Source: an uncultured Candidatus Entotheonella sp. | GTDB lineage: Bacteria > Tectomicrobia > Entotheonellia > Entotheonellales > Entotheonellaceae | DNA: 64,000 nucleotides | Direction: 5' to 3' | Assembly (NCBI GenBank): GCA_965215335.1 | Contig: CBDCDA010000001.1 | Span: forward strand, 1,344,001 to 1,408,000 | Shown here: piece after piece, positions 1-10,493 of the stretch | Layout of the letters: the number at the start of each line of letters is the position of its first letter | Position numbering within the stretch: the stretch's first letter is position 1 | The notes under the pieces: model-generated | What the model saw: only the letters and a program-made list of their open reading frames with translations | Database searches by the model: none | Told to the model about the DNA's origin: nothing | Made by a program: the position numbers and the translations under genes

Positions 1-2
1 AC

Positions 3-662
3 CTCGGCAGCGTCGTCGACGACATACGCGCGCGTGTCAGTGCCGAGGTGACGCTGCCGTCGGGCTATTTCGTGCAATATGGCGGCCAGTTCGAGAGCCA
101 GCAGCGAAGCCAGCGGATCATCATGCTGCTGGGTCTCGCCTCGGTTTTCATCATCTTTATGCTCCTGTATCAGGCGCTGGGCTCGGCGAAGGCGGCACTG
201 CTGGTCATGGTCAACCTGCCGCTGGCGCTGATCGGCGGCGTGCTGGCGGTCTACTGGACGGATGGTGTGCTGAGCATTTCCTCGCTGATCGGCTTTGTGG
301 CGGTGTTCGGCATCGCCACGCGCAACGGCATCATTCTCATTACGCACTGCCAGCACCTCATTCGGGAGGAAGGCCGGCCAGTGAACGAGGCGGTTCTGCA
401 GGGCGCCCTCGACCGCCTGAGCCCGGTGCTGATGACCGCGGCGTCCACGGCACTCGGGCTGTTCCCGCTGGTCGTCGGCAGCCCTGTCGGCAAGGAGTTG
501 GAGCGTCCCCTGGCCTGGGTGATCCTGGGCGGCCTGGCCAGCTCGACGCTCCTCAATCTCATCGTGGTGCCGACGCTGGCCGCGCCCCTGGCCGTGCTGT
601 GGCGGCCCGACAACGACTCCGACCTGCAGAAAACGCCCTCAGCCCGGCATATGCCGGGCTGA
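3..662 (+). CDS. CusA/CzcA-family heavy-metal efflux RND transporter, C-terminal part (5' end outside window)
   Basis: LPSGYFVQYGGQFESQ, GFVAVFGIATRNGIIL, RLSPVLMTA and PLAWVILGGL are typical HME-RND C-terminal motifs. Confidence 0.9.
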   Translation, partial: LGSVVDDIRARVSAEVTLPSGYFVQYGGQFESQQRSQRIIMLLGLASVFIIFMLLYQALGSAKAALLVMVNLPLALIGGVLAVYWTDGVLSISSLIGFVAVFGIATRNGIILITHCQHLIREEGRPVNEAVLQGALDRLSPVLMTAASTALGLFPLVVGSPVGKELERPLAWVILGGLASSTLLNLIVVPTLAAPLAVLWRPDNDSDLQKTPSARHMPG

Positions 663-683
663 GGGGTCAAAATCAGCACGCCA

Positions 684-790
684 GGCTCAGGACTCATAAT
701 CGGATTGACGATTTTGATCTTGAACAAGGCGGATGACGAGAGTCGCCAGGCAGGTGATACGGGCGCGGTGCAAGCCAAAGGTGGATTGGA
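684..790 (-). mobile_element. IS5-family right-end remnant
   Basis: GGCTCAGGACTCATA at 684-698 matches the terminal IR of the IS5 copies at 8904 and 20730; the inner boundary is approximate. Confidence 0.5.
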
Positions 791-934
791 GTAGGTGGTT
801 ACACCTTTGGTTATCGCTTTTTGTCGTGTACAACGAGAACTGGGGAAATTTTTGCGACTACCTTGCTCTCAAAACTGTCCGAAGTATTGACCAACCAAAC
901 TTAAAGGATATTTGTACAACTTAATGAGGAAAGC

Positions 935-2002
935 ATGACCCCCAAGATTCCAGCAGAACGGATTTTACTCATACAGTTTCGTAAAATCGGTGACGTACTG
1001 CTGAACACGCCGGTGGTGCGTGCCCTGCGTCAACACTACCCGCAAAGCTATATTGTCTATTGCACCGAGCCGATACCGGCCGGAGTGCTCAAGGGCAATC
1101 CCGCGGTTGATGAGATCCTTCTGTACCCCCGCCCAGCCACACTGCATGATGCCTGGCAGCTCATACGCCGCATCCGCCAATACGGCTTTGACCTCGTGAT
1201 CGATCTCATGGGCAATCCCCGCAGTGCGCTGCTTTCCCTGATGAGTGGCGCGCGGCACCGCGTGGCATTCGCCCGTTGGCCGCGGTCACTCTGTTACACC
1301 ATCTTGGTGGATCATCGCCCTGAGCTTCAGGAATACACCGTCAAAAAACGACTGCGCTTGCTGGAACCGCTTGGCATTCACGCCTTCGATGTCTCGACGA
1401 CCCTGACGTATACCCCGCAGGACCGCGAGCTGGTTGATCATTTTCTGAAGGAAAATGGGGTCAGGCCGGACGACCTGCTCATTTGCATTGATCCCACCCA
1501 CGGGGCCATCACCGGGCAGTGGCCAAGCCAGCGCTTCAGCGAACTCGCAGACCTGTTGAGTGAAAAATTGGGCGCCCGGGTCTGTCTCTTGTGGGGACCT
1601 GGCGAGAAAGAATATGCAGCGACAATTGCCGCGGCGACCCGCTCCGAGCCCATTCTCAATCCGCCGTTGGAGTTATCCCAAGTGGCGGCCCTGCTGCATC
1701 GCGCCGATCTGTTCGTTGGATGCGATTCCGGCCCCGGGCACATCGCCATCAGCCAACAGACCCCCACGGTAACCGTATCTGGCGCTCAGCACGGCGCTGT
1801 CTGGCGTCCAGCGGAACCACAGCACCGGGTGGTGACGCTCGGGTTGCCGTGTCAGCCGTGTCATCAAAAACAATGCGGCCCGCCGCTTGATATTGCGTGT
1901 TTGCGGACACTTCCGGTGGAAATGGTATTCGAAGCCGTGCTCGCCAGCCAGCCGTGGGTGCCGAGGTTGCAACCTCGGCACCCTTCTCATTCATCGAGAT
2001 GA
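935..2002 (+). CDS. Glycosyltransferase family 9 (LPS heptosyltransferase-like)
   Basis: KIGDVLLNTP, DSGPGHIA and C-x-P-C...C C-terminal motifs; GAGGA RBS. Confidence 0.9.
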   Translation: MTPKIPAERILLIQFRKIGDVLLNTPVVRALRQHYPQSYIVYCTEPIPAGVLKGNPAVDEILLYPRPATLHDAWQLIRRIRQYGFDLVIDLMGNPRSALLSLMSGARHRVAFARWPRSLCYTILVDHRPELQEYTVKKRLRLLEPLGIHAFDVSTTLTYTPQDRELVDHFLKENGVRPDDLLICIDPTHGAITGQWPSQRFSELADLLSEKLGARVCLLWGPGEKEYAATIAAATRSEPILNPPLELSQVAALLHRADLFVGCDSGPGHIAISQQTPTVTVSGAQHGAVWRPAEPQHRVVTLGLPCQPCHQKQCGPPLDIACLRTLPVEMVFEAVLASQPWVPRLQPRHPSHSSR

Positions 2003-2102
2003 CGTCCTGGGCGGGTCCCCACACACCGCCCCTTGACAATCCCTTTCAACTGCATCTCGAGGCTCAAGGCGAACGCAAGGCCCGCCTTTCGGCTCGTGCG
2101 GT

Positions 2103-3179
2103 CTACGTGAAGCCGCTACTCTCCCACATGGCCTTGGCCGCGGCCAGTATGCGGGCACTGGAAACGTCCTGCATGCAGGCGTGATGCCCATGCGGGCAGC
2201 GCCGCGAACCCTTGGTGCTGCACGGGCGGCAGGGCAGGGGCTCGCTGATGGTCTCGGCACGGGCCTGAAACGGGTAAAAGCCGAACTCCTGAACGGTGGG
2301 GCCGAAAATCGCCACGACGGGAACCTGCAGGGCGGTCGCCATGTGCATGAGGCCGGAATCGTTGCTGATAAGCAAGCGGCAACGGCTCAACAGGGCGGCG
2401 CTGTGCATGAGTGACAAGGCGCCGGCGCCGTTGACGACCGGCACGTCCAGCTTGTCGCACAGGGCGCGGGCCAGTTGTACCTCGTCCGGGCCGCCCAGGA
2501 CGACGACGGCTGCCTGCTTTTCCCGCGCCAATTCCTGCGCTACGGTAGCAAAGCGTTCCACGGGCCAGCGCTTGGTCGACCAGTGGGCACCGGGCGCCAC
2601 CGCCAGCAAGAGCTGATTCGGAGCATCGGGCAGGCTGCGGGCGATATAGGTCTGCATTGCTTCCGTGCTCTCGGTATCGAGGTGCATTATCGGTGCGCCC
2701 AACCGGCCCGTGAGGCCCAGGCGTCGCAGGGGCGCCGCATAGAGTTCGGGCACCGGCGTCATGCGCCGCAGGGTGTTCCAGCCCAGACGCACCAGCAGGG
2801 CACGGCGCAGGACTCGCTTGTTGTACACCCGCTTGCGGCACGCCCGCAGCCCCCGCAGGAGCACTTGACTGCGCGGCGTGCCATGCAAATCCAGGGCAAG
2901 GTCGTAGCAGTCGCTGCGCAGACTGCGCAGCGTGCGCAACAGGGATTGCCGGGAATCGAACGTCAGCAGGCGGGCAATACCGGGATGGACCCGCAACAAA
3001 TCGCGGTATTCGGCCTTGACGAGCACGTCGACCTGCGTCTGTGGACAGGCGATGCCCAACAGGTTCAACAGCGGTGTCATCAGCAGAATATCGCCCAACG
3101 AACTCAGACGGATCAACAGGATGCGCCGCAGTTCGTCGAACGCGAGGGGATTGTCAGGCGGAGCGGTGGCTGAAGACAT
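2103..3179 (-). CDS. Glycosyltransferase family 9, heptosyltransferase II-like
   Basis: RLSSLGDILL, APGA..TKRWP, NDSGLMHMA..FGPT; start placed at MSSAT (ATG 3179). Confidence 0.9.
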   Translation of the reverse strand: MSSATAPPDNPLAFDELRRILLIRLSSLGDILLMTPLLNLLGIACPQTQVDVLVKAEYRDLLRVHPGIARLLTFDSRQSLLRTLRSLRSDCYDLALDLHGTPRSQVLLRGLRACRKRVYNKRVLRRALLVRLGWNTLRRMTPVPELYAAPLRRLGLTGRLGAPIMHLDTESTEAMQTYIARSLPDAPNQLLLAVAPGAHWSTKRWPVERFATVAQELAREKQAAVVVLGGPDEVQLARALCDKLDVPVVNGAGALSLMHSAALLSRCRLLISNDSGLMHMATALQVPVVAIFGPTVQEFGFYPFQARAETISEPLPCRPCSTKGSRRCPHGHHACMQDVSSARILAAAKAMWESSGFT

Positions 3180-3384
3180 CGACGTATACGTTGAGATGAG
3201 TGACGGCTGTTCGTCGCGGTTGGGTCTGACGTACCGAAGTATAGTATACTCCGTGGGAAGTCGCTTGAATATCATCCTTTCCCGATGGTTGGAGACGGGT
3301 CAACTACAGACATGCAAGAATTGCGTGGCCAGCCGCTCGGATGGGACCGCCCAATTTATTGGCTGTGCGAAAGCCGAGGCCCAA

Positions 3385-4134
3385 ATGCGCACGCTCAGTG
3401 TGGTTATCGTCGCCAAGAACGAGGAACGCTGCGTCGCAAAATGCCTCGAATCGGTCAAGTGGGCCGACGAGATCATCGTGCTCGATTCAGGCAGCACGGA
3501 CAGCACGGTAGAGATTTGCCGCACGTATACACCCAACGTGTACGAGACCGATTGGCCGGGCTACGGTGTGCAAAAAGGCCGGGCGCTCGCCAAGGCCACC
3601 TGCGACTGGGTACTTTCCGTCGACGCGGACGAGGAGGTGACGGAGGGTCTGCGCCGGGAGATTCAAGGCTGCATGGCGCAGGGTAGCGCTGGATATGCCG
3701 GCTACAAAATTCCCCGGCTCAACAAAGTGTGTGGTAAGTACATGCGCCACGGGGAGTGGTGGCCGGACCGCCACCCGCGCTTGGCACGCAGAGACAAAGC
3801 CGCCTTCAACACCAGACGGGTGCACGGGGGCATGGCGGTCGACGGGAGCATTGGCTTTCTTACGCAACCCCTGCTCCACGACACTGCGCCCAACTTGGAA
3901 ACCATGTTGTTCAAGGCAAATCGATTCAGCAGCTTGGGCGCCGAGGAGCGATTTGCCAAGGGCAAGCGATGCGGTTTTTTAAAACCAATGGCACACGGAA
4001 TGTGGACGTTTTTCCGAGCATATGTTGTGAAGGCCGGATTCCTTGACGGTTCAATGGGTTTTATTTCTGCAGTATTAAGGGCCGAAGAAAGCTATTACAA
4101 ATATCTGAAACTCTGGTTATTGAACAGACACTGA
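3385..4134 (+). CDS. Glycosyltransferase family 2 (KdtX/WaaE-like)
   Basis: LSVVIVAKNEE, DSGSTD, VDADE, GFLDG; likely start ATG 3385, the ORF-track extension is probably spurious. Confidence 0.88.
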   Translation: MRTLSVVIVAKNEERCVAKCLESVKWADEIIVLDSGSTDSTVEICRTYTPNVYETDWPGYGVQKGRALAKATCDWVLSVDADEEVTEGLRREIQGCMAQGSAGYAGYKIPRLNKVCGKYMRHGEWWPDRHPRLARRDKAAFNTRRVHGGMAVDGSIGFLTQPLLHDTAPNLETMLFKANRFSSLGAEERFAKGKRCGFLKPMAHGMWTFFRAYVVKAGFLDGSMGFISAVLRAEESYYKYLKLWLLNRH

Positions 4135-4284
4135 CACTAAAAAATTCCTCTATAAATCATCTTCAAGGGCATTTCAAGATTGTATAGATATCTATGTTCA
4201 GACTTTCAGATACGTCGACTCAAAGAGGTCCAGGACATGATACCAGTCAGTTTTGAAAAACGATAGAATAACTGCAAGACATTT

Positions 4285-5430
4285 ATGGATGAGCCGAGTT
4301 CTTTTCTAAACATACTTTTGCTGACCTATCAGGGCGATGTGGCAGGCTCGACGTACTCCATGAGCTACCTTGTCAAAGGACTTGCCGCAAAAGGGCACCG
4401 GGTCGCGGTCGGGTGCAGGCAAGGTTCGCTGCTCTACAAGCTACTGGAAGGCAGCGAGGCCATCGTTTGCCCCATGACGTTCGGCGGTAGATTCGACACG
4501 TCAAATTGGAAACAGATTCATACTGCCGTGAAGCGCTATGCCATTCAAGTGATCAATCCACAATCAAGCATGGACAGGTACACCGTTGCGTTTGCCAAAT
4601 GGCGCTACAGGCTTCCGGTCAAAGTCGTCCATACCAGGCGTCAGATGCCCGCCAGCTCGGGAGGGTGGCCGCAAGCGCTGTTTTATATGTGTGCGACCGA
4701 TAAAATTGTCGCGGTTAGCCAAGCTGTCAAAGAAGGCTTGGTCGCTATGGGAGTCCGCCCCTCACACATCCGGGTCATATACAACGGAACACCCGCTTCG
4801 AAATATGATCAGGCCGATCCCTCACAAACGGAACGGCTGCGCAAGCAATATGGTCTGAAGTCCTTGATACCCGTTGTCGGATGCGTCGCCCGGATGAAAA
4901 GGCAAAACCAGATCCTGCAAGCCGCAACCCGGCTCCCGGAGCCTTTGACGTTGCTATTCGTCGGGATCGAGAAAAACCACCTGGACCCAGACCTGCTGTC
5001 GAAACTGAGCGATGACAAGCCAGTCATTTGCACGGGCACCGTGACTGCCGAATCGGCACTTGCCCACTATGGCTTGTTTGATTCCTTTGTCCTGCCATCG
5101 GTCACGGAAGGGTTGTCGCAATCCATCCTCGAAGCGATGACGCTCGGCATTCCGGTCATAGCGACAAAGGCCGGTGGAAACGGGGAGTTGATCCGAGACG
5201 GCGTCGATGGATATTTGTTCGACGACGGAGACACCGATAAGCTGGCTGATCTCGTCGAGCTGGTCCACCATGACAAAGCGGTTCGGGAGGGCCTGATTGC
5301 CAATGGCAGACGAAGAGCCCTGGAAGACTTTTCAATCAAAAATACCGTGAACCAATTTGAGCAATTGTTCAGCAGCCTTTGCAACCCCATAGATGGATGC
5401 GACATCGAACAGGAGTATATCTCTCAATGA
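4285..5430 (+). CDS. Glycosyltransferase family 4
   Basis: LPSVTEGLSQSILEAM (EX7E motif), GT-B pattern. Confidence 0.9.
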   Translation: MDEPSSFLNILLLTYQGDVAGSTYSMSYLVKGLAAKGHRVAVGCRQGSLLYKLLEGSEAIVCPMTFGGRFDTSNWKQIHTAVKRYAIQVINPQSSMDRYTVAFAKWRYRLPVKVVHTRRQMPASSGGWPQALFYMCATDKIVAVSQAVKEGLVAMGVRPSHIRVIYNGTPASKYDQADPSQTERLRKQYGLKSLIPVVGCVARMKRQNQILQAATRLPEPLTLLFVGIEKNHLDPDLLSKLSDDKPVICTGTVTAESALAHYGLFDSFVLPSVTEGLSQSILEAMTLGIPVIATKAGGNGELIRDGVDGYLFDDGDTDKLADLVELVHHDKAVREGLIANGRRRALEDFSIKNTVNQFEQLFSSLCNPIDGCDIEQEYISQ

Positions 5431-6332
5431 GATGCGTTGTAACCGGCGGCTGTGGGTTTATCGGCTCCCACGTTGTGGACGCCTTGGTGGCCCGCGGCGA
5501 CAGCGTGGTCGTGCTCGACGACCTGTCATCGGGAACCGCCGCCAACCTCAACGGCCAAGCCCGGTTGGTCAATGGCTCTATCCTCGACACGTTGGCCGTG
5601 GACAGCGCCGTGCGGGGCGCCGATTGTGCCTTCCACCTGGCGGCATGGGCACGGGTTCCCCGGTCGATCGAGGACCCGCTGGGCACGCACCAAGTCAACG
5701 TCGGCGGCACGCTGAATGTTCTCGAAGCGCTGCGGCGGCACAAAGTGCCCAGGCTCATCTACGTCTCGTCGTCGAGCGTGTACGGCAATCAGGCGACCCA
5801 TCTCATGCAGGAGGACATGGCACCCGATCCGCTGTCGCCCTACGGCCTGCAAAAGCTGATCGGTGAGCAGTACTGCACCCTATATGCCCGCATGTTCGGA
5901 ATCACTGTCGCCTCCCTGCGCTACTTCAACGCGTACGGTCCGCGACAGGTCTGCGAAGGACGCTACACGCTGGTCGTTGCCCGATTTCGCCAGCAGCGGG
6001 ACGCTGGCGAACCGATCACCGTATACGGCGACGGCTTGCAAACGCGACCGTACACCTATATTGACGACATTGTACGGGCAACCGTGTCAGCCAGCGTCGC
6101 GGCCCTTCCCGTCCACTGCAACACCATCCTGAACATCGGCTCCGACGAGGAAACCTCGGTGCTGGAAATCGCCCGGCTCACTGGCGGCGAGGTCAAGCAC
6201 GTCTTCCCGAATCCCCGCGGCCTATTCGAGGAACGCCGCAAAGCCGCTGACTACAGCCGCGCCAAAGCCCTCCTTGGCTGGCACCCTGTCGTCTCCTTCC
6301 GTACCGGTCTCGCGCTGACCTATCCGGAGTAG
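5427..6332 (+). CDS. NAD-dependent nucleotide-sugar epimerase/dehydratase
   Basis: TGGCGFIG, SSSSVYG, YGLQK, RYFNAYGP; ATGA overlap with the GT4 stop. Confidence 0.92.
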   Translation: MRCVVTGGCGFIGSHVVDALVARGDSVVVLDDLSSGTAANLNGQARLVNGSILDTLAVDSAVRGADCAFHLAAWARVPRSIEDPLGTHQVNVGGTLNVLEALRRHKVPRLIYVSSSSVYGNQATHLMQEDMAPDPLSPYGLQKLIGEQYCTLYARMFGITVASLRYFNAYGPRQVCEGRYTLVVARFRQQRDAGEPITVYGDGLQTRPYTYIDDIVRATVSASVAALPVHCNTILNIGSDEETSVLEIARLTGGEVKHVFPNPRGLFEERRKAADYSRAKALLGWHPVVSFRTGLALTYPE

Positions 6333-7496
6333 GGCATGGTCCGTTGTCGTTGCGGCCTCGAGTTCTGGATACGATCCAGACTACCCCACCATCCGAAATG
6401 GTAGCGGATGACAGCTCGGAGCAGACAACGGCGTCGTTGATTCATCTTCATGAAATCCGACGTTCCGCTGCGACATACAGGCTGGTTTCTTCATGTTTCG
6501 GTCAGATACGAATCCGTGCAATCGAAGGAGGCACTATGGGCAAGGTGCTTCACGGCGGCGCCACGACCACGCACGCCGTCAGAAAAGCCATACAGCGATC
6601 GAAAGCTGCGCTCAAGGAACTGAGCCAAACCTGCGGCATCAACCCCAAGACCGTCCGAAAATGGCGAAAGCGAAACTCCGTCGAAGACCACAAGACAGGA
6701 CCCGGACAACCGCGCTCGACACTTCTCGGCGAGGACGAGGAAGCCCTCATCGTGGCCTTCCGCCGCCACACCCTGCTGCCACTCGACGACTGCCTCCATG
6801 CGCTCAAACCGACCCTCCCGCATCTCACCCGTTCGTCACTCCATCGCTGCCTGAGGCGTCATGACATCAGCCGCCTGCCACTCGAAGAGGGCGACAAACC
6901 CGAAAAGAAGCGCTTCAGGCGCTACCCTATCGGCTATTTCCATGTCGACATCGCCGAACTGCGCACCGCCGAGGGCAAACTCCATCGGTTCATCGCCATC
7001 GACCGGACCTCGAAGTTCGCCTTCGCCATACTGGTGGAACGCGCCACCACGAAAGGAGCGGCAGCATTCCTGGACGACCTGGTTGCAGCCGTGCCCTGCC
7101 AGGTCCATACGGTGCTGACCGACGATGGCATCGAGTTCGCCGATCTTGCCCGGAACCGAAGCGGTGCCACGGCGCGCTTGCGCGGTCACCTGTTCGAGCG
7201 GGCGTGTCGGCGCCATGGGATCGAGCACCGTCTGACGCAGCCCAACCATCCGTGGACCAACGCTCAGGCCAAGCGCCTGAACCGCACGGTCGAGGAGGCC
7301 ACCGTCAAGCGTTTCCACTACGAGAGTCATGCCCGACTACGCAGCCACCTGGATGATTTTCTGTCGGCCTACAACTTCGCGCGGCGTCTCAAGACCCTCC
7401 GGGGCCTCACGCCCTACGAATACATCTGCAAGGTCTGGACATCGGAGCCGCAAAGATTCAGAGTCGAGCCAAACCATCTAATCCCGGGACCATACA
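6333..7496 (+). mobile_element. IS481-family element (copy 1); transposase starts at 6536 and has no stop inside the element
   Basis: MGKVLHGGATTT...HVDIAEL...LTDDG...HPWTN; right end GGACCATACA; degenerate left end GGCATGGTCC. Confidence 0.85.
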
Positions 7497-7953
7497 GCGC
7501 CGGCAGCGTTTGCAAGCTGGTGCACAACATGATCGGCCACGGCGTGCGGCAGGCCATCGCCGAGGGCCTGACCCTGGTGGTGAGGCCGGTGTCGAGGCCG
7601 AGGCGCTGTGGCAGTGCGTGCGGCGCGGCGCCCTGGGCCGCATGAGCAGCCTGCACGAGGGCATGCGCACGGTATTGCGCGGCACCTTCGAGCCGCCCAG
7701 CTTTGCCCTAGCCCTGGCGAGAAAGAATATCTCGCTGGCCACCGAACTGGGTCGCGAGTTCGACGTGCCGATGTCACTGGCCAACCTCGCCGAGCAAACG
7801 GCCATCGAGGGCCTGAACCGCGACTGGGGGGACCTGGACAGCAGCATCACCTTCCTGCTGAAGGAGGAGGCCGCCGGCGTGGAAGTGCGCGCCCCGCAGG
7901 TCGATGTCGAGAGCGCCGTGCGATTCATCTCGACACACCCGGACGCGAAATGA
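7497..7953 (+). pseudogene. 3' remnant of a 3-hydroxyisobutyrate/6-phosphogluconate dehydrogenase-family oxidoreductase
   Basis: AGSVCKLVHN...AEGL, frameshift near 7578, then FALALARKNISLA; N-terminal Rossmann domain missing. Confidence 0.75.
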
Positions 7954-8846
7954 CGGCGGTGCGCGACTACGTGGATACCTTCGGGCGCACCGTACGGGTG
8001 CCGGACGACCCGCGTCGCCTCGTTTCGCTCGTGCCCAGCCTTACCGAAATCCTGTTCGACTTCGGCCGCGGCGAACAGGTCGTGGCGCTGACCGATTACT
8101 GCATCGAGCCCGCCGCCGGGATTGCCGGCAGGACAACCATCGGCGGCACCAAGAACCCGGACGTGGCGGCCATCATCGACCTGCAGCCGGACCTGGCGCT
8201 GGCGGTGGCCGAGGAGAACCGTCGCGTCGATATCGACCGTCTGGCTGCCGCTGGCGTGCCGGTGTACGTCTTCGAGCCACGCACCGTGCGGGACGGCATC
8301 GACCTGCTGTGGCGGGTGGCCGAGCTGCTCGGCTGCCGCGCAGAGGTCGCCGAACGCCTCGAAGCCATCGAACACGAGCTTGCCGACACCGAGGCCATCA
8401 CTGCCACACGACCGCCCGTGCGGGTGTTCTGTCCGATCTGGAAGGACCCGTACATGACCATCAACCACGATACCTACGTCCACGCCATGCTGTCGGCCTG
8501 CGGCGGCGACAACGTGTTTGCCGACCGCCGGCGCCGCTTCCCGCTCGCCGCCGACCTGGTCAGCCAGCCAGAAGCCGAGGACCCGCGGCACGAGGGGCGC
8601 GACCGCCGCTATCCACGCGTCAGCCTGGACGAAATGGCCGCCTACCGCCCCCAAGTCATCCTGCTGCCCGATGAGCCCTACCCGTTCAGCGACGCCGACC
8701 TGCCCGATTTCACGCCCTTCACCGACGTGCCGGCGGTGCGCGACGGGCGCGTTCACCTCATCGACGGCAAGATCGTCAGTTGGTACGGGCCGCGCATCGG
8801 CCGCAGCCTGCGCGCCTTGCGCCGCTTGTTGCACCCTGGAGTATAA
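7950..8846 (+). CDS. BtuF-like helical-backbone metal/cobalamin-binding protein
   Basis: RLVSLVPSLTE, IGGTKNPD, EENR, WYGPR; start ATG 7950. Confidence 0.85.
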   Translation: MTAVRDYVDTFGRTVRVPDDPRRLVSLVPSLTEILFDFGRGEQVVALTDYCIEPAAGIAGRTTIGGTKNPDVAAIIDLQPDLALAVAEENRRVDIDRLAAAGVPVYVFEPRTVRDGIDLLWRVAELLGCRAEVAERLEAIEHELADTEAITATRPPVRVFCPIWKDPYMTINHDTYVHAMLSACGGDNVFADRRRRFPLAADLVSQPEAEDPRHEGRDRRYPRVSLDEMAAYRPQVILLPDEPYPFSDADLPDFTPFTDVPAVRDGRVHLIDGKIVSWYGPRIGRSLRALRRLLHPGV

Positions 8847-8903
8847 TCCCGCCCTGCGGCGTTTTGATTCGGGAACCTGAACTTGCCCGGTGGTATCTGA
8901 CTA

Positions 8904-9746
8904 GGCTCAGGACCTATAAAGGGTTATCATTGGTCATGCAGGATTCAAGACCCTGACTTCATAAGGAGGTTCATCATGCCCGATCACTGCTTCTGGCTAT
9001 CCGACGTGCAGTTTGCCCGCCTGAAACCCCTGCTACCCAACAAGGTGCGGGGGGTCCCACGCGTCGATGACCGAAAAGTCATCAGCGGCATCATCCACGT
9101 CATTCGATACGGTCTGATGTGGCGCCACGCGCCCGCCTGCTACGGTCCCCACAAGACGCTCTACAACCGCTTCGTGCGCTGGAGCAAGGCCGGTGTCTTC
9201 GACCGCATCTTCCAAACCCTGGCCGCCGACAGCACGGCCACCGAGACCGTCATGATCGACAGCACGCATCTCAAGGCGCATCGCACCGCTGCCAGCCTGC
9301 TTGAGGGGGGGCTTTTCCGCGTCATATCGGGCGTACCCGAGGCGGCCTCAACTCGAAACTTCACGCCGTCTGCGACGGCGACGGCAAGCCCGTCGTCATG
9401 GTGTTGACTGCGGGCCAGGTCAGCGACTATCGCGGGGCAGACATGGCGCTGCCCGCATTGCCGGAGGCCGACGTGCTGATTGCCGACAAGGGTTATGACA
9501 GCAACCGGCTGCGCAAGGCGCTTGCCGAGCGCAAGATCAAGCCCTGTATTCCAGGCCGTGCCAATCGTAAAGAGCCGATTGTCTACGACACGGAGCTTTA
9601 CAAGAGCCGTAATCTCATCGAGCGCCTGTTCGGTCGTCTCAAGGATTGGCGTCGCATCGCCACGCGCTATGACCGGTGTGCGCACACCTTTTTCAGTGCC
9701 ATCTGCCTTGCTGCCACGGTCATCTTCTGGATATGAGTCCTGAACC
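8904..9746 (+). mobile_element. IS5-family (IS427-like) element, copy 1; orfA 8976-9407, orfB to 9736 joined by a -1 frameshift
   Basis: IRs GGCTCAGGAC.../...GTCCTGAACC, TA duplication in a CTAG target, IDST...ADKGYD...WRRIATRYD. Confidence 0.93.
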
Positions 9747-9761
9747 TAGAAGGAGATCACA

Positions 9762-10466
9762 ATGTACGCTCCAAGCTACGCGCAGCCGGTGGTGTACGCC
9801 GACGCCAGCCTGCGCGCCACGTTCATCCGGCGTACCTACAATCACCTAGCGGGCGCCGTACTGGCCTTCATTGGGGTGGAAGCGCTGCTGCTGCAATGGT
9901 CCGGGGCGGAGGCGCTCGTCGGCGCCATGCTCGGCGGCTTTTCGTGGCTGATCGTCCTGGCGGCGTTCATGGGGGTGTCGTGGCTGGCCGAGAAATGGGC
10001 GCGGTCCGACGCCTCGCCGCAGATGCAATACATGGGGCTGGGGCTCTACGTGGTGGCGGAGGCGGTGATCTTCCTGCCCTTGCTCTACATCGCGGCCTAT
10101 TTCAGCTCGCCGGACGTCATCCCGACGGCCGGCATCATCACCGCGCTGCTGTTCGGCGGCCTGACGCTGGTGGCCTTCACTACCGGGCATGATTTCTCCT
10201 TTCTCGGCGGTCTGCTGAAGGTCGGCGGCTTCGTTGCCCTTGGGGTGATCGTGGCGAGTATCCTGTTCGGCTTCAGCCTAGGACTGTTTTTCGTCGGCCT
10301 GATGATTCTGTTCGCCGCCGGCACAATTCTCTACAACACCTCGAACGTCATGCACCACTACCACACGGACCAGCACGTGGCGGCGTCGCTGGCGCTGTTC
10401 GCCTCGGTCGCGCTGCTGTTCTGGTACGTCCTGCAAGCGGTCATGGCCTTCACGTCCGATGAATAA
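9762..10466 (+). CDS. Bax inhibitor-1/YccA-family membrane protein
   Basis: [12 protein letters not shown], about 7 hydrophobic helices, [23 protein letters not shown]. Confidence 0.85.
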   Translation: MYAPSYAQPVVYADASLRATFIRRTYNHLAGAVLAFIGVEALLLQWSGAEALVGAMLGGFSWLIVLAAFMGVSWLAEKWARSDASPQMQYMGLGLYVVAEAVIFLPLLYIAAYFSSPDVIPTAGIITALLFGGLTLVAFTTGHDFSFLGGLLKVGGFVALGVIVASILFGFSLGLFFVGLMILFAAGTILYNTSNVMHHYHTDQHVAASLALFASVALLFWYVLQAVMAFTSDE

Positions 10467-10493
10467 AGCAGCCCGGGAGCAAGGGGAGACGGT

